Source: Chlamydiales bacterium | Lineage (GTDB): Bacteria > Chlamydiota > Chlamydiia > Chlamydiales > JBDQID01 | DNA: 11,493 nt | Direction: 5' to 3' | Assembly (NCBI GenBank): GCA_047611865.1 | Contig: JBLFWS010000109.1 | Span: 1-11,493 of the forward strand | Part shown: piece by piece, positions 7,307 through 11,493 of the stretch | Layout: each line of letters begins with the position of its first letter | Position numbering within the stretch: position 1 is the stretch's first letter | The notes under the pieces: generated by a model | What the model saw: the letters and a program-made list of their open reading frames with translations, nothing else | What the model was told of the DNA's origin: nothing | The model's database searches: none | Made by a program: the position numbers and the translations under genes

Positions 7307-7751
7307 ATGACTGTACACCCTCCATTATACGTAACTGTTGCCGCTTTTGGAGCAGCTTCTTGTGATTACATATCTGGAGAATACCGTAATACCTGGTCTC
7401 GCACCCTTAGCCCAGAAGCGCTCTATACCTATATGGCTCCAAATGGATAGGCTCATTCAGTACGGTGCTATCGACGAAGACATTAATGTCGCGGCAACTC
7501 AAACTCTGGATATTCTGAAAGATCGTTTGCAAAATTTGAGAGATCGTGCCCCTGATGATCAACTGAAACTCCAAGCTACGAAAACAGCAGAGGCTATCGC
7601 TGATGTTCTATTGAATGTCAAAACTTCCCACCGCCTTTCTCCTCTCAGAGAAGATGCTAAACTAGTTGCAGTCAACTCAGCCAAGCAATTTATTGCTATC
7701 AGTGTGGGTCACCGTGACTGGCGTAGTGTTAAAGTAAGAGAAGCTAAGTAA
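7307..7751 (+). pseudogene. Orphan hypothetical gene (~147 aa), apparently split by a +1 frameshift near 7438 (pseudogene or assembly error)
   Basis: ATG 7307 follows an AAAGGTTTTATT RBS-like leader and reads MTVHPPLYVTVAAFGAASCDYISGEYRNTWSRTLSPEALYTYMAPNG* (TAG 7448-7450). Deleting one C in GCTCCAAATG joins it to the 7338..7751 frame (...YMAQMDRLIQYGAIDED...VREAK). The listed TTG 7338 start has no RBS and sits right after an in-frame stop. Confidence 0.5.
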
Positions 7752-7765
7752 GGACGCTGTAAACA

Positions 7766-7818
7766 AAAGGAAATCGTGGACAGATAGGCAATTCTACTAT
7801 CTTCCCACGATTTCCTTT
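7766..7818. terminator. Bidirectional terminator-like hairpin between convergent genes
   Basis: AAAGGAAATCGTGG (7766-7779) pairs perfectly with CCACGATTTCCTTT (7805-7818). An inner AGATAG/CTATCT stem is present. It lies between stops at 7751 (+) and 7907 (-). Confidence 0.7.
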
Positions 7819-7906
7819 GATATCATCACTTACAGTAGATACAAAGATGTCGGCAATCGAGCCCGCGTTCTCTATAGTTAATTATAGATACACCAACTAC
7901 AGTTCT

Positions 7907-9535
7907 TCAATCATTGTTAATGTTAGTCCAATCCACATGAGATTGATCGAGAAGGGCTGCTACCAGATCAGAGAGCATCTCTACTTCAAAAAGAGCTTTC
8001 TCCTTTTCTTCTTCAAGAATACGAAGCTCTGCCTCTAGAATCTTGTCATCGATGCTGACTTCTAGACCGCTCATCTCTCTTTCTTTCTCTAGAGAAAGAA
8101 GCTCATTTTCTTTTTTGAATAGCTCTCCACGGGTTGAATGAAGAGACTCTGACTTTTGCTCGAACTGATTTTTCAGCTGCTTGTAGAGAGCTGCTGTACG
8201 ACGTAATTTCACGACTTCATCTGGTAATACTTCAGAAGATTTCTTCTCTCTCTTTTCCCCTAAGAATTTTTCATTTGGAATAGACTGGGTTGTCTCTATC
8301 TTATGTGAGCCTTCTTTGTAACGCGCTACTGTATCAAGAGCCGTCGTAAAATCGAGTGAAAGCTGAAATTTTTCTGTTCTGATACGATTCAGTTCATCTC
8401 TAAGTAAACGATTGTGTCCAGCGATCTCGGTCGACTCCAACAGCCGTCCATCCATAGCCTCCAGCTTTTCTTCCAGAGAACCTTTTCTTCCCTTCCATTC
8501 TTCAAGTAGCTTTTGTTGTAAAAGAAGTTTCTTCTGGGATTCTGCGTGACGTCGAACTTGAATGTATAATTGATAATCACGATCTTCAAGCTGCTTACGG
8601 AAAAATCCCTCTTTAGCTTTCGCTGTCTCTTCTAGTTCTCTCAATTGAAAATGATTTTCCTGGAGCTCCCGTTTCATGGTCGCCAAAATACTATTGAACC
8701 CAGCCTCTGTTTCTTCACGTTTCGCTGTATCTCCAGAATTTTGCTCAAGAATTGCTTTTATCTCGCTAAGCTCTACCTCTCTTTCTCTTAGTAGCTCTTC
8801 TCGCTCGAGAAGTAAAATTTTTCCCTCTTCTACTTCTTTGATATAAGCCTTTTCTCTATCGTCATGGCTGGACTCACACTTTGCCTTCCAGTCTTCTGTC
8901 TGTTCAGAGGAAATTTCAAGACTGCGGTTTAGCTCAGCTATCATTTTTTTGTTCTCAAATAACTCTTCTAAAAGAAAGCTCTTCTCTTCTGTAAAACGAG
9001 CTAGGTCTCCCTTAGCAGCTTTGGAAGCTCTGTGTAATAGTGTAATTTCTCTTTGCGCATTCTCCGTCTCTTCCTTGCTGTTTCTTAAGCAAAGAGCAGC
9101 TTCTTCCCTTTCAAGGTCCATCTGCAGAGTAAGTTCTTTCAATTTCTCATCGATACGCAGAAGATGTTCAAGGCGACTTTTTGATTCTGATTGAAGGCGT
9201 TGAATCAAGCTTGCGACTTCTTCCGAAGATAATGTACCCACCACAAAACTTAAGGAAATCGCTGCCGCAACTCCGATATGCCATAAACGTTCGTCAGCAT
9301 CAATACTTCCAAATGAAACAAGTAGCAGAAATAGTAGGAGCGTAATCGAACCAAGCATACCTCTGAGCTTCCACATCCAACACGCAGGAACACCAACGAT
9401 GATAGCTAAAGGAAGGTAAAAACTCTCGGGTGAAAATTTAATCAAGCTAATGAGCAAGGTCAGAATAATTATGCAAGGACCTAAAACAGCCCAGAACTGC
9501 AGCTTATTTTCCAGTTGTTTTTTTATCCGATTCAC
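7907..9535 (-). CDS. Membrane-anchored long coiled-coil protein, probable homolog of Chlamydia CT850
   Basis: About four N-terminal TM segments followed by ~430 aa of E/K/L-rich heptads. The C-terminal LYKQLKNQFEQKSESLHSTRGELF...EVEMLSDLV resembles the CT850 C-terminus as recalled (not aligned), and the position next to map/marC fits. GTG 9535 (AAGGGA RBS) is preferred over TTG 9577. Confidence 0.7.
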   Translation of the reverse strand: MNRIKKQLENKLQFWAVLGPCIIILTLLISLIKFSPESFYLPLAIIVGVPACWMWKLRGMLGSITLLLFLLLVSFGSIDADERLWHIGVAAAISLSFVVGTLSSEEVASLIQRLQSESKSRLEHLLRIDEKLKELTLQMDLEREEAALCLRNSKEETENAQREITLLHRASKAAKGDLARFTEEKSFLLEELFENKKMIAELNRSLEISSEQTEDWKAKCESSHDDREKAYIKEVEEGKILLLEREELLREREVELSEIKAILEQNSGDTAKREETEAGFNSILATMKRELQENHFQLRELEETAKAKEGFFRKQLEDRDYQLYIQVRRHAESQKKLLLQQKLLEEWKGRKGSLEEKLEAMDGRLLESTEIAGHNRLLRDELNRIRTEKFQLSLDFTTALDTVARYKEGSHKIETTQSIPNEKFLGEKREKKSSEVLPDEVVKLRRTAALYKQLKNQFEQKSESLHSTRGELFKKENELLSLEKEREMSGLEVSIDDKILEAELRILEEEKEKALFEVEMLSDLVAALLDQSHVDWTNINND

Positions 9536-9602
9536 TGATTTTCCCTTTGAGTTTTCGTATTTGGCATTTGCTGTCAACAGCTTGAGTTAGCATTTATTGG
9601 AC

Positions 9603-9631
9603 ATTCTAATAGACAAAAAAGAATTTTGCAA
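9603..9631 (-). promoter_or_regulatory. Putative sigma66/sigma70 promoter of the CT850-like gene
   Basis: Minus strand TTGCAA (9631-9626), 17-bp spacer, TAGAAT (9608-9603), in the short intergenic gap. Confidence 0.65.
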
Positions 9632-9644
9632 CGGAAGATCGCTA

Positions 9645-10868
9645 TTAAAGAGAATGGAAAGTAACCTTTACAAGAGCGTAATCATCTTCAAAAGCTTGCT
9701 CTCCCCTTTCATCATTGGAGAATGCGAGGATACGACGAATGTCCGCCTCTCCTGCCTTTGACAAAACCGCCACGTGTGAAACAAAATCATTATATTGTAC
9801 GTAAGTACCATCAGGCTTTAACAATTCAAAGGCTCCGTCACTAAAGAGGTAAAGCTCCCCGAATTTTTTAACCACAGTTGTTGCATTTTCGAATTCAGAA
9901 TCTTCCATAGCTCCTATGACCAAACCGGGAGTCTTAAGAAGATCTACTTCGCATTCCTTTGGGCTATCGCCCGTAACAAGAATTGCAGGATGGTGTCCTC
10001 CGCAAGAGTGGTAAATCTCCCTTTTCTTTTTGTTGTATATGCCATACCAAATCGTAAAAAACATACCTTGGTGAGATTCCATCGGAAAATAGGCATTCAA
10101 AGATTTCAATACGTTTTTAGGATCATAGAAATCCGTATCAGGCAATGATTGGGAGCGCAGTACATTCATAACCGTTATGGATAGGAGGGCAGCTCCTACT
10201 CCATGACCACAGGCATCAATCACGTACATGGCAAAATTTTCGTCATCCAACCAATGGTATCCAAAAGCATCTCCTCCGAGGTGCTGACAGGGGATATACT
10301 TCCATTCTGTGCTAACCTCACCAGTAATTGGTTGTGGCAAAGCTGCCGTCACATATTGCACCGCTTCCTCCAGCTCCGCCACAAGTATTCGTTTGCTTTG
10401 CTGTAACTTTTCGTAGGCGTCATTTCTTTCCAGAAGATGGATATAACTTCCCGAGTGATAGCGTATCCTTGCTAGCAGTTCTATTTTTTCCGGGAGTTTT
10501 ACCAGATAGTCATTTGCTCCCAGGGAGAATGCTTCAGCTTTTACATCTGCTTTTTCTTCAGTTGACAAAACTACTTTGGGTATGTTGCGCAATTCATTTG
10601 TCATCCGATATTCACGCAAGAGAGCCATACCATCTATATCTGGCATCTGCAGGTCTTGCAGAATTACTGTAGGTTGCAGCTCTATCGCTCGTGAAACGGC
10701 TTCTTTTGGATCTTGACAATAGTGAAATACTATGTCGTCCTGATCTTTTAGCATCTCACGAACTGCGTGCGCAAAAATGGGCTGATCATCCACCATAAAG
10801 ACGGTGATACGATGTTCTTTAGAAATTTCCAACCCCGCACGGAGGTGCTCGCTACTATCTTCAGTCAT
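9645..10868 (-). CDS. Response regulator: WspR-type receiver + helical stalk fused to a PP2C/SpoIIE (RsbU-like) Ser/Thr phosphatase
   Basis: REC domain: VFMVDDQ, PTVILQDLQMPDIDG (phospho-Asp), VVLSTEE, GANDYLVKLP..IELLARIRYHSGSY..LLERNDAYEKL, a WspR-like signature. PP2C domain: LGGDAFGY, VIDACGHGVGAAL, MFFTIWYG, LFSDG, EDDYALV. ATG 10868 (AAGGT RBS) is preferred over TTG 10886. Confidence 0.9.
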   Translation of the reverse strand: MTEDSSEHLRAGLEISKEHRITVFMVDDQPIFAHAVREMLKDQDDIVFHYCQDPKEAVSRAIELQPTVILQDLQMPDIDGMALLREYRMTNELRNIPKVVLSTEEKADVKAEAFSLGANDYLVKLPEKIELLARIRYHSGSYIHLLERNDAYEKLQQSKRILVAELEEAVQYVTAALPQPITGEVSTEWKYIPCQHLGGDAFGYHWLDDENFAMYVIDACGHGVGAALLSITVMNVLRSQSLPDTDFYDPKNVLKSLNAYFPMESHQGMFFTIWYGIYNKKKREIYHSCGGHHPAILVTGDSPKECEVDLLKTPGLVIGAMEDSEFENATTVVKKFGELYLFSDGAFELLKPDGTYVQYNDFVSHVAVLSKAGEADIRRILAFSNDERGEQAFEDDYALVKVTFHSL

Positions 10869-10923
10869 ATACCGACCTTGTGTCAAACTTGTGAATTCTA
10901 ATCTGGTCTTTTTCCAGAAGAAA

Positions 10924-11493
10924 TTAAAACTCTAGTTTATGATTATCTAACATATCATGAATATTGACGACCAGTAGCGGGCGCCCATCTTCCATCATAG
11001 CCGATGCTGTTATATCTTTTACCTTACCCAAATTTTCATCCAAGTCACGTACCACGAGCTCCCGCTCTCCCACTATTCCATCCACAATAAATCCCATCTT
11101 CTTTGAACGATCCTTCAGCAGAACCAAGGGGAGTTGTTCTCTATTATACAGCGATTCTTTTTCTTCAAATTCGAAAATTTTTGCTGCACTGAGAATGGGG
11201 ATCTTTTCTCCATCCAGCTGAGCAAAGAATTTCGCCTCCTCCCTTTCAATTTGATCAGGAGACAGAATCACAATTCTTTCTATACTTCCCAGAGGAAAAG
11301 CAAACAAGCCATCTGCAATTTCCACGACAAGAGCATTTATAACCGACAAGGTCAGAGGTAAGTAAAGACTGAAGGTCGTACCCTGATCAGGGATAGAGCT
11401 AATACGCATTTTTCCACCGAACTCTTCTACCATATTTTTCACTACATCGAGACCAACTCCTCGCCCGGAAATATCCGTAACTTTTCCACCTGT
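10924..11493 (-). CDS. cheA: Chemosensory histidine kinase CheA/WspE-like, C-terminal part (end of HATPase + CheW-like P5 domain); 5' end outside the window
   Basis: The frame stays open to 11493: TGGKVTDISGRGVGLDVVKNMVEEFGG...GTTFSLYLPLTLSV (CheA G2 box region), then P5 domain ...ERELVVRDLDENLGKVKDITASAMMEDGRPLLVVN. It stops at 10924 with no receiver domain. Confidence 0.92.
   Translation of the reverse strand, partial: TGGKVTDISGRGVGLDVVKNMVEEFGGKMRISSIPDQGTTFSLYLPLTLSVINALVVEIADGLFAFPLGSIERIVILSPDQIEREEAKFFAQLDGEKIPILSAAKIFEFEEKESLYNREQLPLVLLKDRSKKMGFIVDGIVGERELVVRDLDENLGKVKDITASAMMEDGRPLLVVNIHDMLDNHKLEF

Noticed and set aside
7116..7310. 64-aa ORF with a signal-peptide-like start
   Set aside because: AT-rich low-complexity sequence crossing an A12 tract. 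The nearby AGGAGG is ~25 nt from the GTG, and the region looks like the leader of the 7307 gene.
4671..11361. Other overlapping ORFs (4671..4928, 4744..4926, 6463..6660, 6730..6999, 7817..8038, 8389..8589, 8949..9194, 10203..10406, 10328..10672, 10964..11221, 11134..11361)
   Set aside because: They overlap well-supported genes in other frames or on the opposite strand and show no motifs.

Overview
Bacterial window, most likely from an environmental member of Chlamydiota. The marC-(truA)-map block with an N-terminal SEC-C motif on Map, converging on a CT850-like membrane/coiled-coil gene, recalls the Chlamydia CT850-map-marC locus. Left (minus strand): a flagellar export operon in canonical order flhB-flhA-flhF. 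flhF is cut by the window edge and carries a 54-bp (2x27-bp) coding tandem repeat. The ~920-bp divergent flhB/marC spacer holds a 354-bp non-autonomous element with IS66-like terminal inverted repeats, an exact 8-bp target duplication and an almost fully self-complementary interior, plus an AT-rich 38-bp dyad. Centre (plus strand): marC, truA, map and an orphan gene that appears frameshifted, then a bidirectional terminator-like hairpin. Right (minus strand): the 3' end of a WspE-like CheA that lacks its receiver domain. It is followed directly, with no wspF/cheB, by a WspR-type receiver-stalk fused to a PP2C/SpoIIE phosphatase instead of GGDEF, and then the CT850-like gene with its own sigma66-type promoter. 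All family assignments come from motif recognition by eye; no searches were run.
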